Below are positions 51,101-63,560 of a DNA stretch of 64,000 nt, in pieces. Both the position numbers and the translations under genes were made by a program. Source of the stretch: Ginglymostoma cirratum (Eukaryota). The notes under the pieces were generated by a model. That model was given only the letters and a program-made list of their open reading frames with translations, was not told the DNA's origin and made no database searches. The DNA lies in contig JAHRHZ010000056.1 of NCBI GenBank assembly GCA_024137785.1, positions 15,314,409 through 15,378,408 on the forward strand, written 5' to 3'. Within the stretch, counting starts at the first letter, position 1. Each line of letters begins with the position of its first letter.

Positions 51101-51134
51101 AAGAGCAGTTAGGCAGTAGAAGAAAAAGAGGGAT

Positions 51135-52230
51135 TTTTAAAAATACTATTGGGATTCAGGCATCGCTGGCTGTGTCAACCTTTACTGTCCAGCCTTAGTT
51201 GCCCTTGAGGGTGGCTGGTTGTGAGCTGCCATCTTGACACACTGCAGTCCAGTTGGCTATGATACTGTTGGTGAGGGAGTTCCAGCATTTTGACCCAATG
51301 TCATTGAAGTAACGGCGATATATTTCCAAGTCCGGATGAATGTGGCTTGGAGGAGAACTTGCACATGGTGATGCTCCCATGTATTGGATGCCCTTACCCT
51401 TCTAGACAGTAGCGTTTGTAGGTTTGGAAGGTGCTGCTTAAGGGACCTGGATAAATTTCTGCAGTTTGTCTTACGGACGATATAAATTGCTGTGACTGAC
51501 GATCGGCAATGGAGGGAGTGGATGCTGGTGAATGTGATGCCAAACCAGCAGGCTGCTTTGTCCTGGATTGTATCAAGCTTGAACTTTTTTGCAGCTGCAC
51601 TCATCCAGGCAACTGAGGAGTATTCCATCACACTCCTGACTTGTGCTTTGTAGAGGGTGGACAGGCTTTGGGGAGTGAGGTGGTGAGTTACTCGCTGTTG
51701 TATTCCTACCCACTGACCTGCTCTTGCAGCCACTGCGTTTATACGGTTCGTCCAGTTGAGTTTCTGATCAATGGTAACCCCAAGATGTAGAGGGTGGTGG
51801 ACTCAGAGTTCGTAATGCCACTGAATGGCAAACAGCAGTGGTTAACTTCTCTCTTGGAAATAGTCATTGCTGGCATTTTTGTGTGGAATGAATATTACTT
51901 GCCATATGTTAGCCCAACCCTAGACATGAACTACTTCAGTTTCTGACTCACATGGTGCTGAACACTGTTCACTGGTAACTGTGCATCCGTGCTTCTGACC
52001 TTATGACGGAGAGAAGGTCACTGAAGCAGCCGAAGACGGTTGAGCCTAAGACACTGCCCTGAGGAAATCCTGGAGGTGCTCTGAAGCTGAAATGACAGAC
52101 CTCCAACAACCATAACCATCTTTTGTGCCGGGTATGACTTCAACCAGTAGGGTTTTCCTTCTGAATCACACTGACTTCAGTTTTGCATGGGCTCCTGGAT
52201 GCCACAGTCAGTCAAATGCAGCCTTGATGG
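51135..52230 (-). mobile_element. CR1/L2-group LINE 3' fragment (RT C-terminus)
   Basis: HHLTPQSLSTLYKAQVRSVMEYSSVAWMSAA...KLDTIQDKAA...SIHSLH; broken frames; tail resembles the second SINE family. Confidence 0.85.
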
Positions 52231-52790
52231 AATAATAAATTGGGAAGAAGCGACTACTGCTGCCCCAAAAAGACTTGCGTTATGGTCTCAAATACTCAGC
52301 ATGCTTATTTACCACATTAAAACACAACAGAAGTTTATCCCCAAGTTTGCCGATATCACAAAAGGTTGGTTGTATGATGAGCAATGTAGACAGGAGAATA
52401 AAACTGTTGATTGATAGATGAAGCCAGTGAGCAAGACTATGGCAGAGGGATTCCAGTGCAGACACAACAACAACACGGTCATTTTAGACCATAACAGGAT
52501 AGATCCCATTAGGAAAAGTAGAGCTCCAAAGAGATTTCGGGCTGGACACTTCCACGTACAGATCTGAAAACGTAGTCAGGTAGAAAAATCAAGGAGGCTA
52601 ACGGAATGTTTGCTGTTATAATTAGGGGGTCAGATTTTACTACAGCTGTGTGAAGCCCTGGTTAGAATACATCTGGAGTGCTGTGTGTAGTTCTGAGCAC
52701 CATACCTTAAAGTTTATATTGGCTTCAGTAAGTGCACAGTGCAGATTCACAAGAACGTTACAGGGATCCACGAGTTAGGAGGGGTAAAAA
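52230..52790 (+). mobile_element. Old CR1-type LINE RT fragment
   Basis: IPKFADITK motif; ctgtgtgaagccctggttagaatacatctggagtgctgtgtgtagttctgagcacc (LCEALVRIHLECCV*F*AP). Confidence 0.7.
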
Positions 52791-52799
52791 AGGACAGAT

Positions 52800-53170
52800 G
52801 CTTTCACGATTAAACCTCACAAAGTATTTTGCGGATAACGAAGAGCTTTTGAAATGTAGTCAGTGCTGTAATTTGGAACATGTGGCAAACAGCAATATAT
52901 GATCGTAACCAGGCAAACGTGTTTGTGGATTGAGGGATAAATGTTTAACCGAACATTTGGGAAAACTCTCCTGCTGCGCATCAAAGTGTTGACATGGGAT
53001 CTTTTACATCCACCCAATTGGACAAATGGGGCCTTGGTTTAAACAGTTCACCCAAAGACAGCAGTTCCAGGGGGTGCTGTACTCCCTTCATAGTGACGTG
53101 ATTTTTGCATTCAGGTCCTGGAGTGGGACTTGAACTTGGAACTTTAACTCAGAGCTGAAGCACAGCTGAC
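52800..53170 (-). mobile_element. Deu-domain SINE (SacSINE1/AmnSINE-like)
   Basis: Minus strand: gttcaagtcccactccag...gctgtctttgggtgaactgtttaaaccaaggcccc...ggatgtaaaagatcccatg. Confidence 0.75.
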
Positions 53171-53681
53171 ACCAGAGAATTTAAGTCAACCAGACTTGAA
53201 TGCCATGGAACATGGAAAGTTTTAGGTTTTTGCACCCTAGCAACCACTAGAAATCAAATAGAAAATGAATGCGTCAGACGGAATTCTTCTGTCCTCTTTG
53301 GATTGAAGATGGCCAGAGAAGAAATGTTGCCCATTTTGGTAGCTCAGAGAGATGTGAGAAGAGACAGCTACTCCCAGTGAAAAGGACTACCTTCACCCAT
53401 TCTTCTATTCAAAGCGAACACCCTCCCCTAAAGGGATAGCCACAGAGATCTGCATCTCCATTCCTTCATCAAATCCGGAACCAGTAAACTGTTCTCAATT
53501 TTTACCGGGTCTATGTCTTTTTTGCTTCTGTAGTGTATGCACCATATCCAAACTGCCAAATAAATTATTTTAAAAAATCAATTATGGTTTCAACTCTCTT
53601 TTTGAGGCACCTGTAATTCTGGGTTCAAAACCTAGAGGAATCATGGCTCTCTCTTCACACACATTTAGGGTGGATACTTAC

Positions 53682-53815
53682 GGCGGTGGCTTTGTGGGTC
53701 GACCATCAAACTTGTCCTTGAGCTGTCGCTCAGCTTTAGTCAGAGTATTTTTGGTCAAATCATCCAGATTGATACTTTGCTCTGGGTGACGTATAACATA
53801 ATCTCTCATCGCCTC
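53682..53815 (-). CDS. UBTF: UBTF exon 9 equivalent
   Basis: acag|[44 protein letters not shown](P)|gtaagt; 134 nt. Confidence 0.97.
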
Positions 53816-53921
53816 CTGTGAACAGAAGGTAGTCCACGTTGAAATTTATTCAGTAATCCATGTCACTATTTCCCCTCATATAACAGATCTTAAACATTGC
53901 CCGTAACTCTTCAGTATTAGT

Positions 53922-54065
53922 CAGGGTCATAGAGGTTTACAGCATGGAAACGGGCCTTTTGGCCCAACTGTCCACCCTGCCCAGTTTTCACAATTAAACT
54001 TGTCCCATTTGCCCAAGTTTGGCACATATCCCTCCATATCTATCTCATTCATGTACCAGTCCAAA
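53922..54065 (-). mobile_element. CR1/HER1-type LINE 3' tail
   Basis: gtcatagaggtttacagcatggaaacgggccttttggcccaac...gtcccatttgcc. Confidence 0.75.
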
Positions 54066-55084
54066 ATTAGTATTATTTACAAAACAGATTGAGTCTCTTT
54101 AAAGAGACTAATTCTTACAGCGAGCTGGTGCAGACACAATAGGCCAAATAGCCTCTTGCTGCACTGGAACATTGGGGTCTGCTTCAAATTCACTTCTACG
54201 GCAGGTTTCCATAGCCTTCCTGCGATCCACCCAAATGGCTGTTCGGTATACATTTGCTCAGACAGTGAGGGTTTCATTCTATTGCAATAGATAGAACCAC
54301 ATGCTATAGGTCGCCTTTGCCAGGTTCTTGAAAGAAGCAGCCCAAATGCACTGCTTTCTCTCTCCCCCAATCACCACCACGGGCCTGCAAAGTTGCCTAT
54401 TTTAAGTAAAGATCTAATTTCCTAAATTACAACTTCTACCATCCGTTCAGACTGTCATTCTTCCAAGGGAAGCAAAAGTCTCATCTTCCTTAGACTTCAG
54501 TCAATCATTTTAAACTGCATTCTTCTGCTCAACGACATTCCTACATGAAGCTTTTTACTAAACTTTGCACTTCTCTGCATCAAGCTTCATTTGCCACCTG
54601 TCATTTATTCATTCCTGAAGTTTGCCATTTTCCTTACTGTTTACTACATTTCCAAGTTGTCATCTGCAAACTTTGAGACTGTATCTCCCGAAGAGAACTG
54701 AAACGAGAACCATTTCATGCTCCACAGATACCACCTGTTTTCAATATTTCCAGCAGTTTCAATTATTAGTTCATTAGTACACTTCTGTTGCGTCACACAC
54801 CCCGCTTCCCATTCTCCTTTTCTTTAATCCTTTAAATTTTGCTGAAATATCTATAACGTGGCACTTTTAAATCAAACAACAATTTGGAAGTAGACAGATC
54901 TAACATCATCAGCACTACCTTCATCAACCCTCCTCAGTACTGAATTGAAGTTGTCAAATCAGGCTAGTCAGACACAATCTGCCTTAAACCCAGGTAGGCG
55001 GTCATTAAAACCCTTTCACCCAAGTGACAACAGATAAGGCACGGATTCTGGGGTCTGCATTCCCCTATCAACATTAAACTGACT

Positions 55085-55230
55085 GACCTGCAAGATCTGT
55101 GGAGAGAGAAACAGTGTTAATATTTTGGAGTCCAATATTACTCTCCTTCAGAACAGATGCTGACATACGTGTGAGTTCCTCCAACACTTATTTGTCAGAT
55201 TTCCAGCATCTCAGTACTTTGCTTTTACAC
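55085..55230. mobile_element. Degenerate palindromic Penelope-derived repeat
   Basis: tctgtggagagagaaacagtgttaa...cttcagaac, then cagatgctg...cagatttccagcatctcagtacttt. Confidence 0.65.
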
Positions 55231-56282
55231 ATTAGGCAGTTTTCCTATGTCTTATTCTGCACAAGAAGATTTCTTCTTCGATTCTTAACCAATGCCATCT
55301 CTCATTTGATTAACTACTTATAAAAGGCTCGAGAGTTCCCTCAAAAGGTTACCCACTCTTGTTTTCTCGTCTCATTTCTCTAACAATCAAGTTAAATTTG
55401 CCCCATTCTTTTCCCGACTACAGCCCAGCTTTGTGAATAGCAACAAAGGAACATAACACACGATTGATTTCCAACAGCAAATTTAATTTGTATTTAATAT
55501 ACAAGGTTATCCTGTGTAATCTGGGCTTCTAATATTCCTTTTATGAATTTCATACAGCAACCATGCTAGATAGCCAGCTTATTCCACACTGCTTGGAATT
55601 TTCTACAATTAAAAGGGGTAATACAAACAGGTATTGATGGGCTTCTAATCGTTAAAGTATGGAGCAGTGGCCCAGAGCAGTCACCTGCCTATTTTCCTTC
55701 CCAAAACACCTTGCCTAAGCATGGCACACTCTACTCCAATTAGACTGAACAACAGAACCATAAAACTCAGGTACAACATGCACTAAATTATGACTGTTTG
55801 GGCATTCAACAATTATCATTAAACTCTTATTCTTTTCTTTTCTTTATTTATTTCACAGGATGTGGCTGACACTGAAAAGGCCAATATCTGACACCCACCT
55901 CGAGTGCTCTCAAACAGAATAGCCTTGCCAGACCATTCAGAGATACTTGCTTGTTCCATCATGAGGAATCTCACGCAGTGGAGACCCACATCTCGATCAG
56001 ACAGGCAAGTACTAAAGGACAGATTTAATTAAATTATTTAAATTCCAACACGGAGGGCACCTTGCAGTCTTCTCTCTATAGCATTAGCCTGGGCCTCTGC
56101 ATTTCTCACACAATGATGTTGCAGCTAGACTGTCTCCTCTGTATTAAACCAGAAGAACAAGCCTTTAGAGAAAGCTGCAAAAAGATCTTTCAAACAGACC
56201 CATCCTCATCAGACTGCCTTACATAATTAAGCCGGTAGGTTTATGAGCCGGGCAACACGGCTGTAAGTCAGTATCTACTTGC

Positions 56283-56393
56283 CTCATACAGCTCACGCTG
56301 TTCCAAGCTTTTGCCAATCCATTTGAGTCGTTTCTTGTCAGATAGCTGGGACCACTGCTTTCCCAGTGCCTCTTTAACATCCTTCATAGTTGC
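56283..56393 (-). CDS. UBTF: UBTF exon 8 equivalent (111-nt UBF1-specific cassette in HMG box 2), GC donor
   Basis: ccag|[37 protein letters not shown]|gcaagt; 37 codons, phase 0/0. Confidence 0.95.
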
Positions 56394-56660
56394 CTGGGGA
56401 AACAAACGAGTTTTACTGATACATGGTTTCTAACCTCAGATAGATCATTCGACTAACTTTCACAACACAACTTGACTTTTAGCAATCATAATTTGGACTG
56501 GTTGTCATTCTTGTTGCAGTGGTCAATTAATACGAGACTGAACCATAATTATCGCACTCCAACAGCAAGTCAACGTTCAGGGGAATGATTCAAACTTTAA
56601 AGTCAGTGTGGCCATTTATCAAAAGTCAACATCAAATGTCATTCATTAATTGTCAGATAT

Positions 56661-57001
56661 GGCAGCACGGTGGCTCAGTGGTTAGCAATGCTGCCTCACA
56701 GCGCCAGGGACCCGGGTTCAATTCCACCCTTGGGCAGGCAACTGTCTGTGCGGAGTTTGCACATTCTCCCCATGTCTGTGTGGGCTTCCTCCAGGTGCTC
56801 CGGTTTCCTCCCACAGTCCAAAAGATGTGCAAGCTATGTGGATTGTACATGACAAATTGCCCATAGTGTTCAGGGATGTGTAGATTAGGCGGGTTGGACA
56901 TGGGGAAATGCAGGGGCAGGGGAATGAGTCAGGGTGGGAGGTCTTCAGTGTGGACTTGTTGGGCCAAATGGCCTGTTTCCACATTGTAGGGATTCTATGA
57001 T
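56661..57001 (+). mobile_element. HE1-type tRNA-derived SINE, full length
   Basis: A box TGGCTCAGTGG, B box GGTTCAATTCC, conserved core, CR1-like tail gggattctatgat. Confidence 0.9.
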
Positions 57002-58508
57002 GCTCACATTAAAAGTGCCATTAGCAAGGTATTCAGGCAGATAACAGACATAAAACATAAAGAGGCCTCCTGGTAAACAAAGGCCTGAATCATTAAATAT
57101 GTTTCCCTCTTAGGAGCTGTTGTCTGACCCTGATTTTCTGTTCATATCATCAGAATGCATAGTTGGCTTCAAGATGTATTGCTATGGGGAGCTAAGCAGT
57201 GCTGGTAAGAACCAAATGTTATGAAAACAATTTAAGAGTCTAGTTGAAAGCAAAATAGCGTGGATCAGATTAGTTGAACAAATCTGCTGCAGTATGAGAT
57301 GAAATATCCTCAAAAATTGCTGATACAACTAACTTCTCTAGAAGGTATTAAGGTGCAAAACATTTACCCAAAATTGCCCAAGGATATATTCAGTTTGAAT
57401 CATGCCCCTTCCATTATCAACTGAATGTCTTGGATGCTGAGGGTAATAGAGCTTAAAAAAAAAAAATCAACTGAATGTCTCTTAACACCCAAGAAAGTGA
57501 CATTACGAAAGTTTGAGTCAAATATTTCTTCAGCTTAATTGACATCAGCAGTTAGCTCAAGTTACAAGCTTCTGAAGACCCCAGTTGCGTCCCATGAAAT
57601 CCACAGAACTGGGTTAGGATCTTGACTACAAACAAGGCACAAGTGCCATAGATTAGTGAGCACCATCAACATCAATCCCTGCATCCACCAACTGACTCAG
57701 TGATTCTGATGTAAGGATTTCAAGTGCCTTACCGGATGCAGATACTCAAAAAGATGAACAACGACCATTTTTAAAAAACTGTCAATTCAGTAGCAATAAC
57801 GAATTCAGAAGGAGAAGTAAAACTGCAAACTAGTAAATGTTTGAGAAGCATTTGAGGAACGTTTGCTCATCATGGAGCACCACTACAGCCTATAAAATCA
57901 AAGGAGGCTGGAGAGGGAATGGAGTGTTCTTGAATTTCCAAAATGGAGAGCAATTGTACTTAATCATGGAATACTGTGCACGCGCACACAGCAACACTTC
58001 AGCACGATTAATAAAATGTAAAGGGGAGGCTGGTGCAGAAGAGAAAAAAGTGAGGGATTAGCAGCAAGCCAACAATTTACTAAATCAGATAATCCACCAT
58101 CATCACATCACCCCCACCCCATTTCTTGTTGATATGGGGTAGCCTTACTATTTGGTTGGCACTGATAAGCAAGTGTTTTCTTCATGTGAGAGTCACAGAT
58201 GCCCAAGTCCTTTAAGCAAAGGGGTGTTTGAGTTTTTAATAGGAATTAAGCAAATATCCACAAAAGACATTTGAAAAATTGATTGTTTACACAGCAAAAT
58301 TGAATTGATAACTATTGTTAATTCACTATAGTCCTACCAGACCATAGGGTTGCTCTCTCATTACAGAAAGATGACTGGTGGTGCCGAGATTAACAAAACC
58401 ACCACAGGAAGCAAGATTGAAGGACAGAAAATCCGTGCTTTATAGAAAAATTACCTAATTATTCATTTCCAACTAGCAGGTTGGAAAGAGAATAATCAAG
58501 TCCGTTAC

Positions 58509-58629
58509 CTGTGGATGCAGCTTCATGAAAGCCTTCTTCTCATGAAGATACCAGAGTTGTTGGGGTGTTTTAGGTTTCTCTGGAACATCTGTTCTCTTCA
58601 CACTCTCCAACAGTTCTGGATGGTCCTCT
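58509..58629 (-). CDS. UBTF: UBTF exon 7 equivalent
   Basis: acag|(R)[40 protein letters not shown]|gtaacg; 121 nt. Confidence 0.97.
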
Positions 58630-59132
58630 CTGTGGAAGAGCAAAAAAGAAATGCAGCAGCCAACATAGCTGACACTACGCCTTACAATTTGATGAGCTAA
58701 AGCTACACATATGCATATCTCAAGTCAAATCTCAGGGTCAAGTGACGAATTCATTTTGATTAAAACAGCTCTAGGTTCCAATGTCAGGAGCCACCACTTC
58801 ATCCCATCCATTAAATTTTACAGCAACATGGTTATCCGAACTTCTGGTAAATGGCTCAGTTCAATTTTATCTTGCACCCTTTCTACCGTCGCCACCTCCC
58901 CACTCAATATCCATCTTATAGGCATGGACTTTAATGTCTTGCCCATCCTCTAGCTCCATTTAATACCTTATAAAACATGTATTTAACCCACACATACACA
59001 GCTGAGCCTACTGTAAAGGCAAATGAACTGAGTGGAACATTAAGCTTTGCAGTTTTCAAAAAAATGTTAAAGAGATGGATGAAAGGTGAAACTCAAAACG
59101 TAAATGCACAAATTCAATTATTTGGAAGTTAC

Positions 59133-59197
59133 CTGAATCTGACCATATTACGCTCAAAATCTTCTTTTTCCTTCTGAAACTCCTGAATATATTTCAT
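59133..59197 (-). CDS. UBTF: UBTF exon 6 equivalent
   Basis: gtag|MKYIQEFQKEKEDFERNMVRF(R)|gtaact; 65 nt. Confidence 0.97.
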
Positions 59198-59347
59198 CTA
59201 CAGCAACAACAAGAAAAGAATATTTGCATCCAAGGAGATAACTGTGTCCAAATATATTTTGGCTTGCTTTTCTATTCTTAATAGCGACATATTTGAAGTT
59301 CTTCTCTCAATTTAAGCACCAATGTTGGCACACAGGCCTACACTAAC

Positions 59348-59503
59348 CTTTTTCTTTTCTGGCAGCTCCTTATATTTCTTGGAGAGAATTTTAGTCAGAT
59401 CCAAGTTGCTCATTTCAGGGTGAAGCTTTGCATATTTTGCCCTTTTCTCCATAAAGAATCGAAAATAAGGCGTGAGGGGCTTCTTGGGAAAATCAGGATG
59501 TTT
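59348..59503 (-). CDS. UBTF: UBTF exon 5 equivalent (HMG box 1)
   Basis: acag|[52 protein letters not shown]|gttagt; 156 nt; matches the human sequence as recalled. Confidence 0.98.
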
Positions 59504-59589
59504 CTGTAAATAATGGAAGAGACAAATCACTTCACACCAGCTTACAGAATGCTTTCATCTGCAAAGATGCCACAAAGCTACAGGCAGGA

Positions 59590-60030
59590 GATGGTAGTGG
59601 CAAATAGTTAATATTGCTGGGTTAATGGTTCAGAGGTCCAGCTAATGCTTTTAGGACATGGACCCAAATTCCACCACAGCAGTTGGAGACACTTTAATGA
59701 ACAAATTGAATTTAAATAAAAGTAACTGAAAGCTAGTCTCAGTTATGGTAACTGAGTTATAATAACTTAAGTGCTGTAAAAAACCCTTCTCATTCCCTAA
59801 TGTTCTTTATGGAATGAAACCTGCCACCCTTATCTGGACTGTGCTACAGAAAACTCCAGACCCACAGCATTCTTAAAGCTGTGTGAAGAGGCCCGGTAAG
59901 CCAGTTGTACCAAGTCCTACAGAAAGGCTCAGCTGCAGCAGTTCAAAGCAGTAGCTTAGCACCATCCAGACAATTAGGGTTCAATTAGAGATGCTGGTCT
60001 TAAACAGTGACAGCCACATCTCATGATTAA
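59590..60030 (+). mobile_element. tRNA-derived SINE (second family), degenerate
   Basis: ctaatgttctttatggaatgaaacctgccacccttatctggact...ctccagacccacagca; tail cagcagttcaaagcagtagc...caattaggg...gacagccacatc. Confidence 0.7.
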
Positions 60031-60944
60031 ATATTTAAAACAAAAAAATCAGTGTAAAGTTCTTAATAGTTCAAGCAGAATGGCAAAAATTGAACATGGT
60101 CACAGCAGGATGTTAAATATATTCCTTAATTATTTTTTTCTCCTTCCCTACTATGGTGGCTTGATTAAAACACATTTCAAAGCTCCTCGATACCTTTCAT
60201 TCAATATCTTTTGTGGACTACAGTTGAAAGGTTTGGTGGCTTTAGCACTCCACCCCTACATGCAGAAGTTCTACCAGGTATTTTCATTTTATCTATTCGC
60301 TCACTGATTTTTCAGAGCATGAAATATTTGCCGCCCCAGCCGCTCTGCATCTGTTTATCCACACTCATTCCATTCAGTGCTCATGTCCACTGCTCATTTT
60401 ACCTTCCAAAGTTTTAGAATGTGAGGAAAAGTTTGAAGTAAACATTTATTTTGTAGATTCTAGAGGTCTTAAACAAAATGGCTGCTACAAGTGGATAGAA
60501 TCTGCAAGACAATCCAAACTTATAGTGGCTGTGTTATGATTACAGTGGTTAAAGAATACCTACAATTTCAAGGTAACTCGGTTGTGATTTGGCAGAGTTG
60601 GCTAAGAGATGGATTGAGCTCCTTGTGATTACTACACCAAAGAAAGGCTTAAAAAAAATTGAAGTAGCAGCAAGTGTGCTGCCAATTCAGATTTTGCATT
60701 TAGACGCAGAGTAATGCACGCAACAAAACTATTGTACGTTGCAATTGAGAACATCCCAACCTTCTCCCTACATCAGATGCATCTGCTGACTGCACTAACA
60801 ACTCCTCATTCTCCACACACTCTAATATTTTTAAAACTTTAAATCGACAATTCCTATTGGAAACGAGGCATGTTTTCAGCTTGGAATTCAAAGAGATTTA
60901 GTTGAAAAGCAGATTGTTTCAGATTTCCAGCTTCTGCAGTAAAC

Positions 60945-63560
60945 AAAAAAACCAAGTAATATTGAAATACTCAATCAACACCAATAGGAGTAACAAAAAT
61001 AAAACAGGCATTTTAGATCAATGACCTTTCTTGCATCAGAACTCCGAAAAGTTAACTACGTAATGTTTTCAGCAAGGAGTGGGCGTGACAAAGTCAAAGG
61101 AAGGTCTGTGATAGGGTGGAGGTCACGAGAGTCAATGATAAAGCTGAAGGGAAGTTTTGATGGGTAAAACGAGAAACAAGAGATGTGCAAACAGGAGCAC
61201 TATACCTGAAACCAAAATAAAAATGAAAAACTGAAGCATGCAAAAGGAGATGAAGGAAAACAGAGTTTATGCTCTGAAACCGGAGTCCAGGGGGCTGTAA
61301 AAACCACAGTCGAAAAAGGAAGGTGCTGTGCCTCAAGTTTATTGGGGGCTTCGCGGGACAACAGCAGAGATGTCAATATGAGAACAAGATGGAAACCTGA
61401 AAGATCAGATCACTAGAGGCTTGGGGTCATGCATGTAGACTGATCCATGGATCACGAAGAGTCAGCCAGTCAGCATTTAGTTTTTTGAACGTAGAAGAGA
61501 TCACATTGTGAGCAGCGGCTTCAAGAGATTAGATTGTACATACAGGTAAATCACTGCTTCATTTGAAAGGAATACTGGGGACCTTGAATGGTGGAAGTAA
61601 AGGGCAAGTGTTACATTCCCATACAATTGCATGGAAAGATGCTGTAGGAAGAACTGATTGTGCTGATCTCCTCCTCAAAAAGGGAAAAGTCCTGTGGAAA
61701 AGCCCCTTTGGGGTTCTGAAAAGGGAAGGCAGAAGGACATTGTGCATGATGGTTGCATTATGCTGGAGATTGGAAACTGACCTGTTGATATGGAGACGGG
61801 CGGTGGAAAGGAAGGAAGGGGAAACCACATTATGGCTGTGGGAGAGATGCGGGAAACGTGGTGGACACAATTGAGGAATACAGCAACCCTGGCGGTTGGA
61901 CGGAGGGCGAGATCCCTCGGCTGAAGATAAAAGACAGCATTCTCCGAAACGGTGTGTAGGGATGTATCATCAGAATAGTTGTAACTGAGTTGGAGGAACT
62001 CAGTAGAATAGAAGCCTTACCATATATTTATGAGGCAGTATATTCAAGGTGACTGTGGGAGTCAGTGGGCTACATAACTAATGATACATGAATCATGGGA
62101 AAAGGAGTCAGAGACACCAAGGAGAGGTGCAGATGGCCCATGAGAAACTAAGGGAGGGTGGAATTTGAAAGCAAAATTTTCCAATTCAAGGCAATATAGT
62201 CAAGAACGCACTGAAGACCGAGAGCTCAGAAGAGAAGTAAAACTAGAACAAGGAATGCTCCATGTAGCCCAATAAAAAGACAAGCATAGCTAGGACCCAT
62301 AAGGGGACCCACAAAAAGTGAGAATGAGAGACAATCTGGAAGAAGTGAGTTGAATCAAAAAGAGAAAGGGTTCAAAAAGAGAGCAAGCCCAGAAAAGCAG
62401 AGGAGAGTTGTCAACAGAAACAGATTGCCACTTAATGAAGAGGACAGCCTTCCCAGGTAACTTTGGCAGGGGAGAGAGATTGGACATCCATGATAAAGAG
62501 GTGGAACTTGGGGACATGACACTGGCAACTTCTAAAGTGATGGAGGGCATCAGAAGAGTAACCCAATGTAAGTTGGTGAGTGGGGGAGGACAGAAGAGCA
62601 CAGAAGCTTGGAAGATTGGACAAAGGGAAGAAAAAAAACTGAAGAAAAGGTAGGAAGACTTCAGTTCAGTCGAACAGGCATAAGCTAAAGGGAAAGGTGA
62701 AGCAGAACAGTCTTGTCTAGTGATCGCAACAAGGAGGTAGAAGTTAAGTTGTACAGGTTGAGGTGGGAAGCCATAGACGGAAAATCAACTGACAGGGTAA
62801 GATCAGTGACTCTCCAGGAAGCAACAATTTGACATTTAGTACTAGGACACTGGTCTGGGGAAAGTAAGAAAGTGTCAGAATTAGGGTTCATGCCTTTGCC
62901 AAGTAGAGGTCAGTCAAAATAACAGTAGCTTCCAATTGTCAGCAGACTTAATTACAAAAATGTTTGGTTCCAACTCAGAGAATGGAACGCAGCTTGTTCA
63001 GAATGAGACAGGTGAGAGAGTGAAGGGAGCAGAGAAATTGAGGACTGCGATGTCATTCCAACACCTCTCAATGAAAGTTCAGCCAGATTGAGGGACCCGG
63101 GTGAAGGTTAAACATTGGAAATGTTCACTGAGCACAAGAGCAGTTTCTGATCAAATGGGAATATCGTCATGTTAAACTCAAAACTTCATTATGGTAGAGA
63201 TGCAAGGAGATAAAAAGTAGAGATCTTTGCTTATGACAGATCAAGTGTTAGACAGGGAAAGGTCATGAATGAAGGGGAAGGGAGTGAGGGGGAAGGGAGG
63301 GATGGGGGAGGAGGGGTGTAGATTCCCGTGAGTTGCTGGAATTTATCGTTCTTAACACTAAAGAAACACTTTTTTTGTTAAAGCACAGAGGAGTCAAAGG
63401 ACAAAATTAAAATGCCGGAGGAAGACAGGACAGAGAGCGCATCAATGCTGCTGAAATAGGAGGTGAAGTTGCTCATGCGGCTGTATGCGGAGTGCGGACT
63501 TCCGACTACTGCTCTTGCTGCATCCTAAGGAAAATTGAAGATACCTGTGTTCAAGGAGGA
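60945..63560 (-). mobile_element. Near full-length decayed Penelope-like retroelement (RT + GIY-YIG endonuclease)
   Basis: Minus-strand remnants: FIMDVQSL (about 62495), MGPSYACLFIG (about 62300), SFQMKQ*FTC..NLIS*SRCSQCDLFYVQKTK (about 61570-61475, GIY-YIG); degenerate hammerhead-like end at 61039-61011; many stops and frameshifts. Confidence 0.85.

Noticed and set aside
51257-51733. 158-aa ORF as a possible host gene
   Set aside because: It is a LINE RT C-terminal remnant with broken flanking frames
56661-56730. tRNA-like sequence with A and B boxes (also 4465-4531 and 30817-30895)
   Set aside because: These are SINE heads continuing into SINE body and tail, not tRNA genes
57733-57744. 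Possible 12-nt microexon (YLHP|gtaagg) in UBTF intron 7
   Set aside because: The only acceptor is a rare GAG and there is no supporting homology
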